A DNA stretch of 64,000 nt from Acidobacteriota bacterium (GCA_040005235.1 JBDTZG010000006.1:32001-96000), one strand, 5' to 3'; shown: positions 29,347 through 41,465, counted from the stretch's first letter. Made by a program: numbers and translations. The notes: a model not told the origin generated them from the sequence alone.

Positions 29347-30168
29347 TCACGCCTCGAACATTGCGCTGATCTCGCGGTAGGGCACGGCGTCCTCCGCGAA
29401 GGTGAACGTGCCGTGCTCGCGCATCTCCCGGCCGGCGCGGAGGAACGCCCCAAGGGCCGCGCGGGAAAGGGCGCTTCCCACGCTCACCCGCTTGACGCCG
29501 ATTTCGGACAGCTCGGCGAGGGTGAGCTGGACGCCTTGGAGACCCATCACCACATTCATAGGGCGATCGACGGAGCGGACCACCGTGGCGATGTCCTCGC
29601 GGCTCGTGAGGCCTGGAGCGTAGAGCACGTCGGCGCCCGCCTCTTGATAGGCCTGAAGCCGGGCGATCGTGTCTTTGAGATCCGGCCGGCCGACCAGGAA
29701 GTTTTCGGCCCGGGCGGTAAGCGTGAACGGGAAGGGGAACGAGCCCGCCGCCTCCGCCGCGGCGCGGACCCGCTCGACCGCGAGATCGAGAGGGTAGATT
29801 GGATCGTCCTTCCTCTGGGTGTAGTCCTCGATCGACCCGCCGACCAGCCCGGTCGCCGCGGCGATGCGGATCGTCTCCGCGACGATTCCCGGCTCGTCCC
29901 CGAAGCCATGCTCCAGATCGGCGCTCACCGGCAGGTCGGTCGCCGAAACGATGCTCCCCACGTGGTTCATCATCTCGTCGCGGCTCGTCACGTTGTCCCG
30001 CCGCCCGACCGAGAACGAATACCCGGCGCTGGTGGTCGCGAGCGCCTCGAATCCTAGATGCGCGAGAAGCCGAGCGGTTCCCACGTCCCACGGATTGGGG
30101 ATGATGAACGCGCCGTCCCGCTCATGAAGCGCGCGAAAGTCGGTTCCTTTTTCGGCTGGGGTCCTCAT
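29347..30168 (-). CDS. isocitrate lyase/PEP mutase family protein
   Basis: PNPWDVGTAR, ATTSAG, PVSADLEHGFG, GSIED, EAGADVLYAPG. Confidence 0.92.
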   Translation of the reverse strand: MRTPAEKGTDFRALHERDGAFIIPNPWDVGTARLLAHLGFEALATTSAGYSFSVGRRDNVTSRDEMMNHVGSIVSATDLPVSADLEHGFGDEPGIVAETIRIAAATGLVGGSIEDYTQRKDDPIYPLDLAVERVRAAAEAAGSFPFPFTLTARAENFLVGRPDLKDTIARLQAYQEAGADVLYAPGLTSREDIATVVRSVDRPMNVVMGLQGVQLTLAELSEIGVKRVSVGSALSRAALGAFLRAGREMREHGTFTFAEDAVPYREISAMFEA

Positions 30169-30189
30169 GTTGGCGCTCTCCTGCGGATC

Positions 30190-30573
30190 TCAGAGTCCCA
30201 GCGCCGTCGGATGCCGCGGCTGGTAGAGCCCGAGCTCGCCGCCACTCGGCAGCGGAATCGTCGTCTTCAGGCCCCAGGGGGCTTGGTCGACCTCCGTGCA
30301 AGCAATGCCCTTGGCCGCGAGCGATTTAACCGTCGCATGGAGGTCCTCGCACATCAGATAGACGACCGCGCCGAGGAGCTGATGCCCCGCGTGCACCTGC
30401 TCGGGAGAATCGTCGCCTTCGATGGGATGGAGGGCCGCCTCCGCCGGGGGCAGAGCGAAGATCAGCCAGCCATGCCCGGCGTCGACCGAGCGAAGCTCCA
30501 GGACATCGGTGAAGAAGGCCCGATCGGCTTCTGGGTCGCGGCTGTAGAAGAGAACGTGGGCGCCGTTGAACAT
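30190..30573 (-). CDS. VOC/glyoxalase family protein
   Basis: GAHVLFYSRDPEADRAFF..GWLIFALPP..WG..LPSGGELGLYQPRH. Confidence 0.88.
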   Translation of the reverse strand: MFNGAHVLFYSRDPEADRAFFTDVLELRSVDAGHGWLIFALPPAEAALHPIEGDDSPEQVHAGHQLLGAVVYLMCEDLHATVKSLAAKGIACTEVDQAPWGLKTTIPLPSGGELGLYQPRHPTALGL

Positions 30574-30751
30574 GGCCGGGACCCTATCAACTTTTGAGCC
30601 CGAAGCTGATCGGCGGAAACCTATTTTGGCCGAGCGGCATAGCTCAAAGGTAGGGCAAGAGTGTGCCTCTGGCTTTTCAGTCGAAACTGCTACCCTCGAC
30701 CTCAGCGCGGCGCGAAGGTGCGTCTCGCGCCCCCGATAGGAGATTCCGCCC

Positions 30752-31051
30752 ATGGTTACAGTCGCCCTGTTCGTCCGTTTGGAAGCAAAGCCCGGTAAGG
30801 AAGACGAGGTCGAGAGCTTCCTCAAAGGTGGTCTCGCAATCGTCGAGGGGGAACCGGCAACCACCGCTTGGTTCGCTCTTCGCCTTGGACCCTCGACCTT
30901 CGGCATTTTCGATGCGTTTCCGGACGAGTCCGGCCGGCAGGCGCATCTGAGCGGCCAAGTGGCTGCCGCCCTGATGGCCAAGGCGCCCGACCTTTTGTCC
31001 CAGCCCCCGTCGATCGAAAAAGTCGACGTCTTGGCCGCGAAACTGCCCTAG
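30752..31051 (+). CDS. antibiotic biosynthesis monooxygenase (ABM) family protein
   Basis: LEAKPGKEDEV, TFGIFDAFPDESGRQAHLSG. AGGAG RBS. Confidence 0.88.
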   Translation: MVTVALFVRLEAKPGKEDEVESFLKGGLAIVEGEPATTAWFALRLGPSTFGIFDAFPDESGRQAHLSGQVAAALMAKAPDLLSQPPSIEKVDVLAAKLP

Positions 31052-31057
31052 AGCCCC

Positions 31058-31597
31058 TCAGATCCTTTCGATCGCGTCGGCGGGCAGACGGGCGAGCAGC
31101 TCGCGCACCGTCCGCCCTGCCGGCGGCACGGGTTCGTCGGGGATTAGGTCGGCGAGCGGTTGAAGGACGAAACGCCGCTCGGCGAGCAGCGGATGGGGCA
31201 GCAAGATCTCGGGGCGAGCGGAGATTCGCTCGCCGAACCAGAGTAGGTCGAGATCGAGCGGCCGCGGCCCCCAGCGCTCGCTCCGTCGTCGGCCGACCGA
31301 GCGCTCGATTGCCTGGCAGAGCGCTAGGAGCGATTCGGCGTCCAGGGGAGAACGGGCGACGAGCGCGCTGTTCAGGTAGTCCGGCTGGGCAACGGCTGAG
31401 ACCGCGGTTGTGCGGTAGATCGGCGCCATCCGGATCTCCGAAAGATGTGCGCCCAAAACGCCAAGGGCCCGGTCGAAGTGATCTTCGACGGGCCCGAGGT
31501 TGCCACCGAGGGCTAGCGCGACCCGAGGCTCACTCCTCGTCGTCGATGTCCTCTTCTTCGTCGTCGGTCCCGAGGTCGGCTCCGACCAGCTCGTCAT
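31058..31597 (-). CDS. folK: 2-amino-4-hydroxy-6-hydroxymethyldihydropteridine diphosphokinase
   Basis: [39 protein letters not shown]. Start uncertain because it overlaps the upstream gene. Confidence 0.9.
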   Translation of the reverse strand: MTSWSEPTSGPTTKKRTSTTRSEPRVALALGGNLGPVEDHFDRALGVLGAHLSEIRMAPIYRTTAVSAVAQPDYLNSALVARSPLDAESLLALCQAIERSVGRRRSERWGPRPLDLDLLWFGERISARPEILLPHPLLAERRFVLQPLADLIPDEPVPPAGRTVRELLARLPADAIERI

Positions 31598-31841
31598 CGA
31601 TCAATTCGTCGTCCGCGACGACCTCGCCCGGGGCCTCTTCCGGCTCGTCGTCGAACGTGCGCGCCACTTCCGCTTTGCGCTTCTTGCGCGCCGCCTGGGT
31701 CGCGGCGAGTTGGGTCGAAGGAGCGGCGTGGGACTGGTTCGCGCCGCACTTCGGGCAGATCGGCTCCGGCTTGCCCAGGTCGTAGAACTTGGTGCCGCAG
31801 CTATAGCACTCGTGCTTGCTTCCGAGCTTGGTTTCGGCCAT
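31530..31841 (-). CDS. FYDLN-acid (TIGR02300-like) zinc-ribbon protein
   Basis: [28 protein letters not shown] followed by an acidic tail. Confidence 0.9.
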   Translation of the reverse strand: MAETKLGSKHECYSCGTKFYDLGKPEPICPKCGANQSHAAPSTQLAATQAARKKRKAEVARTFDDEPEEAPGEVVADDELIDDELVGADLGTDDEEEDIDDEE

Positions 31842-31987
31842 TGAGACGGATCTCCGCCGCGGCGAAGAAGCCGCGTTTTCAGGCGCGGGAACGTAGCACC
31901 CGCTCCCGGTGGTGTCAACGGTGGAAAGAAAAAGACCGCCGGAGTGAGTACGCACCCCGGCGGCCTTGGTTCTTCAGGCGGAACATC

Positions 31988-33697
<1,710 letters not shown>

Positions 33698-33770
33698 AAT
33701 GTGCCTCCTCGCGGCGTCTTCGGGGAGCGGATCATCGGGCCTCTAGTAAGCGGTTGCGGGAATCAAGGCG

Positions 33771-35606
33771 TCAGCGCGAAGGGTCGCCCGCACTCATCCG
33801 AGAACTTCGGGAATGCAGGGAGCGGGCCAACCTCGTCTTCTCGGCGAGGAGCCTCTCCAAGCGAACGTGATCCCCAGCGCGCTCGGCCCGAAGGACATCG
33901 CTCGCCAGATCTTTGAGCCGCTGCTGCTGCCAACGGCGTACCAGTTTTTCGAGGGACCCGGAAAGCCCAGGCTTTCCAGGGGTAACGGAGCCTTCTATCA
34001 CGATTTGAGACAGGCGGGCAATTGCCCGATCATCGGGTTCCAGCTCGGCGCGCACCGAGCGAACATCCGGGGGGGAGCCAATGCTCCGGCCGTATAAAGC
34101 AACGAACGCACGGAAAATATTCCGGCATTCGGCATCGAGAAACGCCTCGGGCTCCGGAAGCTCGGAAACCGGCGGCAATCCGTCTCCCGAGAGCAGGAAT
34201 TCGAGCACCTGCTCCTCGGTGGTCCGCACCAGACGGGCGACGTGGAGCTCCGGCTCGGCCGGGCCGCCCGCGCCGCCCGCTCGGGGCGATTCGCCCCGGT
34301 TCGGGGGGGGCTCGGCCCCCATCCGCCGCGACATCAGCTCGACCGGCACTTGAATCCTCTCCGCGGCGACCCGGGCGTAGCTCCAGCGCAAAATCGCATC
34401 CGGGATCGGGCGGAGCAGCTCGGCCACCGCGGCTGCCGCTTTGGCCTGTTCTCGCGGCTCGTGCGCGCTTTCGGCCGGGGCGATCCGCTCCAGCTCGGCG
34501 ATCACGCCGTCGGGAGCCTCGGCGATCGCTGCGGCCACCGCCTCCGGCCCTTGGGCCTGGCGCAGAGAATCGGGATCGTGCCCTTCGGGGAAGCGCGCAC
34601 GGCGCACGGCGAGCCCTTCGGAAAGCAGCAACGGCAGCGCCCGGCGGAAGGCGTTTTCCCCGGCGTTGTCCCCGTCGTAGGCGATCACCGCCTCTTCCGC
34701 ATAGCGCTTCAAGAGCTTCGCCTGCTCGGGGGTTAAAGCGGTGCCCATCCCCGCCACCGCTCCTTCCAAACCGCAAGCGACGGCGCCAAGGACGTCGAAA
34801 TACCCTTCGACCAAGATCGCCTTGCCGGTTTCACGGATCGCCCGCTTCGCCTGGTCCAGGCCGTAAAGCAGCGTCCCCTTATGAAAGCTTGCGGTCTCCG
34901 CGGTGTTCACGTACTTCGCCTTGTCGTCCCCTAAGGTCCGGCCGCCGAAACCGACCAGGCGTCCCGCTGCGTTCCTGATCGGGAACATCAGACGGTTGCG
35001 GAACCGGTCGTAGGGGTCTCCCCCTTGCCGTTCGGCACTCCGTTCCGGCCGGGTGATCAGGCCGGAGGCTTCGAGGTCGCCCGTGGGGATCTTGTTGCGC
35101 AGGGCTTCGAACAGGCCGCGCCACCCCTCGGGTGCGTAGCCCAGGCCGAAGCGCTCGATCAGCGCGGGCGGAATGCCCCGCTTTTCGAGGTACCCCCCGG
35201 CAAAAGAGGAGCGCTTCAGCTGATCGACGAAATACCCCTGGGCGGCGGTGAGCGCCCCTTCGAGGTCTCGCTCGTCCCGGCCGCCCCGCCGCTCCGGCGC
35301 CGCGGGAAGCGAAATTCCATAGCGGCGGGCGAGCGACTCGATCGCGGCCGGAAAGTCGTCGCCCGAAAGCAGCATGTGGAGTTTGATCGCGTCGCCGCCC
35401 TGGCCGCAGCCGAAGCAGTAGAACAGCCCCGGGCCGGGATCGACCCCGAACGAGGGGCTTTTCTCTTTGTGCAGCGGGCAGAGACCCTGATACCTCTTCC
35501 CGGCCTTCTGCAGCCGGGTATGGTCCGAGGCGACGCTCAGGATGTCCGCCGCGTCGCGGACCGCCTGGATCAGCTGCGGGGTCAGATGTACGTTGCCGAG
35601 GGCCAT
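33771..35606 (-). CDS. dnaG: DNA primase
   Basis: CPLHKEKSPSF..CFGC zinc domain, FRNRLMFPI, KYVNT, VEGYFDV, YDGDNAG, DPD. Confidence 0.97.
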   Translation of the reverse strand: MALGNVHLTPQLIQAVRDAADILSVASDHTRLQKAGKRYQGLCPLHKEKSPSFGVDPGPGLFYCFGCGQGGDAIKLHMLLSGDDFPAAIESLARRYGISLPAAPERRGGRDERDLEGALTAAQGYFVDQLKRSSFAGGYLEKRGIPPALIERFGLGYAPEGWRGLFEALRNKIPTGDLEASGLITRPERSAERQGGDPYDRFRNRLMFPIRNAAGRLVGFGGRTLGDDKAKYVNTAETASFHKGTLLYGLDQAKRAIRETGKAILVEGYFDVLGAVACGLEGAVAGMGTALTPEQAKLLKRYAEEAVIAYDGDNAGENAFRRALPLLLSEGLAVRRARFPEGHDPDSLRQAQGPEAVAAAIAEAPDGVIAELERIAPAESAHEPREQAKAAAAVAELLRPIPDAILRWSYARVAAERIQVPVELMSRRMGAEPPPNRGESPRAGGAGGPAEPELHVARLVRTTEEQVLEFLLSGDGLPPVSELPEPEAFLDAECRNIFRAFVALYGRSIGSPPDVRSVRAELEPDDRAIARLSQIVIEGSVTPGKPGLSGSLEKLVRRWQQQRLKDLASDVLRAERAGDHVRLERLLAEKTRLARSLHSRSSRMSAGDPSR

Positions 35607-35846
35607 GGGTCGGGTTCTAGGGTCTGGAGTCGTTGTCGATTTGAGACGCCTGCGGGCGACCGATTTCCTGTCATCGGTAAAATCTGCCCGCGGGATACCT
35701 CTTGGAGTGCGCATCGGCTCTTAATTGAGGACGCGACATCGAGCCTCGGAGCGCGCCGCACCAAGGCGCCCCGGCCCAAAGCTCCACTCAAGACTTAGAA
35801 CGTTCGGCCGCGCAATTCCGTTCCTCATTCCACCTATAAGGCGCGA

Positions 35847-38420
35847 TCAGGCGTTCCGGAGAGTCACGACGGTCGCGCCGTTGCCGCCCTCTTCCGGATC
35901 GCCCGGCCGAAGGTTCGCGACCGCCCGGTGGCTGCGCAGGTGCTCCCGGACCGCCTGGCGGAGCTTTCCCGAGCCGTGGCCGTGGACCACCCGGATCTCC
36001 TTGTGAGGGCCGCGAACGGCATGGTCCAGGTAGGCGTCGAGCTGTTCGAGGGCGGATTCCACCCGTTGGCCGATCAGGTGCAGCTCCGGAGGGGTCGAGG
36101 CGCTCTCCTCGGCATCGCGCGAGCTGCCGCGCACTCCGCCCAGCCCTCCCGGCACGGCGCGCGGCCCGCGGACCCCTCGAACGCTCCCTTCCACCCGGCC
36201 CGCGCGATCCCCTGCGACAAACGCCTCCGCCTTGGCCGGTCCGTCGCTCCCGGGGGCCAGCGCGCCCAGCTCTTCGGCTCGGCAGCGGACCCTCTTGCCG
36301 TGGACGGAGACTTCCGCCCGGCCACCTTCGAGTTTTTCGAGCTTTCCCTGCCAACCGAGACCCAGATGGCGCACCAGGCCGCCGACCTGGAGAGGTCCGG
36401 ACGGCGCCTCGGGCTCCTCGACCAGCTCCGGCGCCTCGGCGAACAGGCGCTCGGCGGCCTCTACCTCCAGGCCGCGGCGTTTGCCCTGCTCGAACCGCTC
36501 GCGGATGCGCTCGACCTCCTCGCGCAGCTTTGCCGAGGTCTCGCGCCGGAAGGCGTCGAGGTCGCCCTTCAATTTCTTCCCTACGGTCTTCCGTTCTTCC
36601 GTTGCGGCGGCCAGCTCCTCGGCCAGCCTACGGCGGAGCTTTTCGGCGTCCGCGCGCTCGGTCTCCAGCTCGGAGCGCGTCTCGGCCAGCACTTGCCGGG
36701 CCCTCTCGACCTCGACCAGCAGGCGGCGCAGATCGCGGTGCTCGGAGCCGAGCCGGGCCTCCGCCCGGTCTAGCCACTCGGCCGGCAGGCCAAGGCGGCG
36801 CGCCAAGGCGATCGCCTCGCTCCCTCCCGGAGGTCCTGGCACCAAACGGAACGTCGGCCGGCCGGTTTGCGGATCGAACTCCATCGCCGCACACGAGGCG
36901 CCGCCGGTTTCGAGCGCCGAGGCGGCGAGCTGCGTCAGGTGGGTGGTGATGACGGCGAGGGTCTTCTTCTGCGCCAAGCTTTCGAGCAGCGAGGTCGAGA
37001 GCGCGGCCCCCTCTTCCGGGTCGGTGCCGGAGCCCAGCTCGTCGAGCAGCACCAAACTGTTCGGGCCGGCGGCCTCCCAGGCTTCTTTCAATCGCAGCAG
37101 CCGGCCGGAAAACGTCGAGCGGTCGGCGAGCAAATCCTGCTCGTCGCCCACGGTCGCCACCAGGCGGGAGAGGAACGGCACTCGGCTGCCCGGTGCGGCC
37201 GGAATCAGCAGGCCGCAAAGGGCCGAGGCGGCAAGCAGGCCGGCGGTCTTCAAAGCGACCGTTTTTCCGCCCGCGTTCGGGCCGGTGATCACCAGAATGC
37301 GGCGCTCGCCCATCAACGACAGATCGAGCGGTACGATCGTCCCGCCGTGTCCCGCCTGCCCAAGCGCCTCGCGCCGCGCCTCGGACAGGCGCGAATCGAG
37401 CAGCGGGTGGCGCGCGGAGAGGAGGATCAACTCGGGGGAGTAAGACGAAGAGGCCCCTGCCCCCGGGCCGATCTCGGGCAGCTGGGCCTCGGCGACCCCG
37501 GCATAGCGCAACGCGGCCTGGAGCAGGTCGAGCTCGGCGACGAAATCCGCGATGCCGCCCGGGCCGGAAATCGCGGGAAGCTCCGCCCGCGCCGCGGCGA
37601 TCAGCTCGTTCAAGATCCGCCGACGCTCAGATTCCTCGTCTTCGACCGACTGCTGCAGCTCGTTGTTCGACTCGACGACCTCGATCGGCTCGAAATAGAA
37701 GCTCTTGCCGGTACCCGACCGGCCATGGATCAAACCGCCGCTCCGGCCCTTGGCGCCCGCGTCGAGCATCAGGACCAGCCGTCCGCCGCGCAGAGGAATC
37801 GTCTCCTCCGACAGCTCGGTCCGATGGTTCTGGACGTAGCCGCCCAGCTCGGAATAGAGCTGATCCCGTACCCGGCGGATCTGCTTGCGCAACGCCGCGA
37901 GCTTCGGGCTCGCGTCTTCCCGCACCTCGCCCCGCCGGTCGAGCGCGCGGTCGATCTTCGACAGCAGCTGTTGCAGGTCGGGCACTCGAAGCGCGAGCTT
38001 GAGGAGAGCTGGGCAGAACTCCGCGCCGCGAATCCGCGACGCCGCCAGGCGCGAAGCGCGCAGCAGATCGGCCAGCCGGACGAGATCCAGGCCCTGCATG
38101 GGAGGCCGGCCGGTCACCAAGCGCTCGACCAGCTCGCCCACCGGAACGTCGAAATCGGGGACCAGAGGACCCAACCCCAACAGCCGGCCGGCCTCCTCGA
38201 TCCGCCGCCGCTGGGCGAGCAAGGGCTCCTCTTCCGTGAACGGAGCGAGCGCGAGCACCCGCTCCCGTCCCAAGTCGGTCGAGGCGAAATGGGCGACCAC
38301 TGCGAGCAGAGAAGGCAGCTCCAACGCCAAGGCGGTCGCCTCGGACAGGACGGAGTTCTCCCCGCCGGGCTCGCCGGGACTTTCGTCGTCGAAATCGTCG
38401 AAGTCGGGGGGCTGGTTCAT
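35847..38420 (-). CDS. mutS2: MutS2 family ATPase with C-terminal Smr domain
   Basis: GPNAGGKT, STFSG, LLDELGSGTDPEEG, coiled coil, VHGHGSGKLR Smr motif. Confidence 0.93.
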   Translation of the reverse strand: MNQPPDFDDFDDESPGEPGGENSVLSEATALALELPSLLAVVAHFASTDLGRERVLALAPFTEEEPLLAQRRRIEEAGRLLGLGPLVPDFDVPVGELVERLVTGRPPMQGLDLVRLADLLRASRLAASRIRGAEFCPALLKLALRVPDLQQLLSKIDRALDRRGEVREDASPKLAALRKQIRRVRDQLYSELGGYVQNHRTELSEETIPLRGGRLVLMLDAGAKGRSGGLIHGRSGTGKSFYFEPIEVVESNNELQQSVEDEESERRRILNELIAAARAELPAISGPGGIADFVAELDLLQAALRYAGVAEAQLPEIGPGAGASSSYSPELILLSARHPLLDSRLSEARREALGQAGHGGTIVPLDLSLMGERRILVITGPNAGGKTVALKTAGLLAASALCGLLIPAAPGSRVPFLSRLVATVGDEQDLLADRSTFSGRLLRLKEAWEAAGPNSLVLLDELGSGTDPEEGAALSTSLLESLAQKKTLAVITTHLTQLAASALETGGASCAAMEFDPQTGRPTFRLVPGPPGGSEAIALARRLGLPAEWLDRAEARLGSEHRDLRRLLVEVERARQVLAETRSELETERADAEKLRRRLAEELAAATEERKTVGKKLKGDLDAFRRETSAKLREEVERIRERFEQGKRRGLEVEAAERLFAEAPELVEEPEAPSGPLQVGGLVRHLGLGWQGKLEKLEGGRAEVSVHGKRVRCRAEELGALAPGSDGPAKAEAFVAGDRAGRVEGSVRGVRGPRAVPGGLGGVRGSSRDAEESASTPPELHLIGQRVESALEQLDAYLDHAVRGPHKEIRVVHGHGSGKLRQAVREHLRSHRAVANLRPGDPEEGGNGATVVTLRNA

Positions 38421-38540
38421 CACGGGCTCTTCGGTGATTAGGTTCAACAGGTTGGGGTCAAAAGAAAAGCGGGAGCGGGGTAACAACCCCTCTCCCGCTT
38501 ACAAGTGCTGCCGGTGTCGCGAGGCGTCAACCTCAGCGGA

Positions 38541-38750
38541 TCAGGACAGTCCCTGGCGCCGCTCCTCGACCAACTTGCGCGCTTGCTTTTTGCGCGCTTG
38601 GATGGTCTTCCTCTTGCGCTTGACGGAGGGCTTCTCGAAGTGCTGCCGCTTGCGCAGCTCGGTCAGAATGCCGGACTTTTCGATCTTCCGCTTGAAACGG
38701 CGGAGGGCATTCTCGAAGCTCTCTTCTTCACGCACATGCACGACGGGCAT
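38541..38750 (-). CDS. rpsU: 30S ribosomal protein S21
   Basis: [45 protein letters not shown]. Confidence 0.97.
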   Translation of the reverse strand: MPVVHVREEESFENALRRFKRKIEKSGILTELRKRQHFEKPSVKRKRKTIQARKKQARKLVEERRQGLS

Positions 38751-38847
38751 CCGAAATCACCTCTCTTCTGGCGCGACTCGATGGGTCAGTCGGAAGGCGA
38801 CGTTCGGCAAACAAAGAACGGCCTACCCGCCCATGGCGCGAATCTCC

Positions 38848-38877
38848 ATCATCTCAGGGTGGGGCGGGGGAGGTCAA
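38848..38877 (-). promoter_or_regulatory. putative sigma-70 promoter of the rpsU operon
   Basis: Minus strand TTGACC, 18 nt spacer ending TGa, then GATGAT. Confidence 0.4.
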
Positions 38878-38913
38878 GGGGTACGTTGTGCTTCGGAAGG
38901 GGATCTCTGTGGG

Positions 38914-39345
38914 TCAGGTTCGTACTTTCGTCGGCTTGCGCAAAGTCTTTCGGGGCAGGGATCGCCGGACGAGCCTGCGAACTCTACGTGCTACCGCCAC
39001 CGCGCGGCGAGCTGCGGGGAGTGAAATCTCCTCCCAACCGGGATATCGGGCGCTGGTTGCATACTCCGTCAACCGCACCTGCTCCTCGGCGCTCAGGTCA
39101 GGTCTGAGCTCGGCCGGCATGAGCGACCACAGCCTTTCGAGGTCATGGGTCTTGGGGAAGTCAATTCCTTCCAAGACAAGAACCGCCTTCAGGTACTTCT
39201 CCACACATTGCTGGGCGTGAAAACAAACCGTGTCCGTAGGGCAGCTCGCCCCAAGGGTAAGAGTGTGAGCGGCATTCGCGAGGTCGTTGTCCGCCTTCAA
39301 CAGCCAATCTCTGCAGACGCCGATCCGCAGCTCACGGTCGGGCAT
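38914..39345 (-). CDS. HEPN domain protein (MNT-HEPN module)
   Basis: WLLKADNDL, CFHAQQCVEKYLKA, KTHDLERL, SARYP. Confidence 0.9.
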   Translation of the reverse strand: MPDRELRIGVCRDWLLKADNDLANAAHTLTLGASCPTDTVCFHAQQCVEKYLKAVLVLEGIDFPKTHDLERLWSLMPAELRPDLSAEEQVRLTEYATSARYPGWEEISLPAARRAVAVARRVRRLVRRSLPRKTLRKPTKVRT

Positions 39346-39655
39346 AGAGTACCTTGCCCTCCAGCGATGCAGGTCGTTCGATGGTCCCGGGGATCTCCTG
39401 TCGCCACCGGAATTCCTCTGGACTCGTTACCACGATGTCCTTCGGGACAGGGATGCCCTGTAGAGCAAGCCGGATCTCTATCTGCTTTTCCCGCTTGGAA
39501 CCGAGAAACGGCATCACGACAAGCAGATCGACGTCGCTATCGGGGCCTTCTTCGCCACGGGCGTACGAACCGAAAAGAATGATCTTCTCGGGGTGAAAGC
39601 CGCTGACGATGCGGCGCACCATCTGCTGGATCTCGCTTCTGGCCATGGTGTCCAT
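39332..39655 (-). CDS. minimal nucleotidyltransferase (MNT)
   Basis: IILFGSYARGEEGPDSDVDLLVV. Overlaps the HEPN gene. Confidence 0.92.
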   Translation of the reverse strand: MDTMARSEIQQMVRRIVSGFHPEKIILFGSYARGEEGPDSDVDLLVVMPFLGSKREKQIEIRLALQGIPVPKDIVVTSPEEFRWRQEIPGTIERPASLEGKVLYARP

Positions 39656-39811
39656 CCTGACCGAGTCGGCTGGGGAAGTGTCTCCGCACGTTACGTCATG
39701 TTACGACGCCGGCAGCACCTTCGCCAGCGTCTCGGATCAGACCATGAGGGGAAGGGCTTGGCGCCTGGGCGTTTCATTGTAGGCTTTCGGCAGGAGGCGG
39801 CTGAGAGACTC

Positions 39812-40201
39812 ATGACCCGGACCTCGATTTCAAGTACCGATCTGGCAAACGAGACGCAGGAAGTGGTCGGTCGAGTGCAATCCGGCGAGGTGGCGGTCGT
39901 CGAGACCGCTGGACGGGAATTGGCCGTCCTTTTGGACCCGGTTGATTTTCGCCTCCACCAGGCGCTCGCCCATTGCGCGACCGAGGATCGAGAACGCCTC
40001 GGGCCAAGCGATCCCGACGTTGAGGCGCTGCGGGCCTATTTGGCGGAAGAGATCAGCCTCGGGAAGACTGCCGACCTCCTGGGCCTTTCGCGATTCGAGC
40101 TTCAAGACCGTTTTTTTCGCCTCGGTGTGCCCTTGCGCCTCGGGCCAGCGACGATCGAGGAAGCACGGGCCGAGGTCGCAGCAGCTTTGAAGATTGATTA
40201 A
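39812..40201 (+). CDS. Phd/YefM-like plus UPF0175-like antitoxin-type fusion protein
   Basis: N-terminal ISSTDLANETQEVVGRVQSGEVAVVETAGRELAVLL and C-terminal AYLAEEISLGKTADLLGLSRFEL..LGVP. AGGAGG upstream. Confidence 0.7.
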   Translation: MTRTSISSTDLANETQEVVGRVQSGEVAVVETAGRELAVLLDPVDFRLHQALAHCATEDRERLGPSDPDVEALRAYLAEEISLGKTADLLGLSRFELQDRFFRLGVPLRLGPATIEEARAEVAAALKID

Positions 40202-40220
40202 GCGTATCGAAGCCCGGTTT

Positions 40221-41021
40221 ATGACGAAACGTTCCACCATCCTCACCCTCCTGGTCCTCGCGCTCGCCGCCGTGAGCGCCCTGCTCGGTTTCCTCGCCCT
40301 GCGCGCCCGCTGGCAGAGTACGGCGGGCGCCACCCCCGTCCAGCGCGGCCGGAAGGTCGCCGAGCGGATGGGCTGCTTCGCCTGTCACGGACCGGGCGGA
40401 GAGCGTGGCATCCCGAACCCGGGCGCGCAGGGCGAAACCGTTCCGGAGTGGAGCGGCGGCACCTGGATGATGTGGAACGACAAGGAGGAAGATACCCGCG
40501 CCTGGATCCTCGACGGCCATCCGCCAGGCCGCAAGCCCGATGAGGCGGCGCTTCTCCGCATGCCCGCCTACCGCGGCCTCCTCTCCGAACGGGAACTGGC
40601 GGACCTTTCGTCCTACGTGCAGACCGTCTCCGCCGCGGGAGGCCCCGACGATCCCCAAGAGATCGAAGGCATGAATCAAGCCCAGGCGCTCGGCTGTTTT
40701 GGCTGCCACGGGCCTGAAGGGCGTGGCCTGGTCGAGAACCCCCGCTCCTTCAAAGGCTACGTGCCCCCCTGGGACGGCGCCGACTTCACCGAGCTGGTCG
40801 CCAACGAAGCCGAGTTTCGGCAATGGGTTCGGAACGGAACCTCGAGTCGGATGAAGCAAAATCCCGCCGCCCAGGTGTTTCTCAAGCGCCAGCCGATCAA
40901 GATGCCCGCCTTCGGCCCGAAGGCGACCGATGGCGATCTCGCGGCTCTTTGGGTCTATGTGCAGTGGGTGAGGACACACCCGCGGACCGGGATGGCTGGG
41001 GCGGAGTCGAAAGCGGGTTAA
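40221..41021 (+). CDS. membrane-anchored diheme c-type cytochrome
   Basis: N-terminal TM helix and two duplicated domains with CFACH and CFGCH, each with a distal MPA Met. Confidence 0.88.
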   Translation: MTKRSTILTLLVLALAAVSALLGFLALRARWQSTAGATPVQRGRKVAERMGCFACHGPGGERGIPNPGAQGETVPEWSGGTWMMWNDKEEDTRAWILDGHPPGRKPDEAALLRMPAYRGLLSERELADLSSYVQTVSAAGGPDDPQEIEGMNQAQALGCFGCHGPEGRGLVENPRSFKGYVPPWDGADFTELVANEAEFRQWVRNGTSSRMKQNPAAQVFLKRQPIKMPAFGPKATDGDLAALWVYVQWVRTHPRTGMAGAESKAG

Positions 41022-41060
41022 AGAGCGAGCGTGGTAGGTTAACCCGGAGTGCTGTGAGCC

Positions 41061-41408
41061 ATGCAGCCTGTGCCCCTAGATACCCAACCGACGCGTCTTC
41101 CGCCGACTTCGGAGTCTCTCCTCGACGACTCCCAGAGGCCGTATTTTCTCTGGTGGACGAACGCCACGGCGGGGGATCTCAAGGTGCATCTTGTGGCCGA
41201 CGACCCGGAGGAGCGCGCCTATTGGATGGGTGCCTTGCTCCGCGAAGCCAACACCCGCGACGTCTGGCTCTTCACAACTCCTGATGCCATCAAAGCCCTT
41301 TGGCCAAGGCTGATTCGCTATCTCGGACGCTCCCGGGACATGTGGGCCTGGCTTCTGGAGCTTCCGAAACCCGAATGGCCGCCGCTTAGCCAAATCCGTG
41401 CCGAGTAG
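41061..41408 (+). CDS. hypothetical protein resembling partners of AbiEii-type nucleotidyltransferase toxins
   Basis: RPYFLWW..ERAYWMGALLREANTRDVW..LWPRLIRYLGRSRDMW. Family link recalled, not verified. Confidence 0.55.
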   Translation: MQPVPLDTQPTRLPPTSESLLDDSQRPYFLWWTNATAGDLKVHLVADDPEERAYWMGALLREANTRDVWLFTTPDAIKALWPRLIRYLGRSRDMWAWLLELPKPEWPPLSQIRAE

Positions 41409-41465
41409 GCGCAAGACGTTTGATCGACGACTGTTCTAAACGCTTAAGGCATTAGGGAGCCCCCC

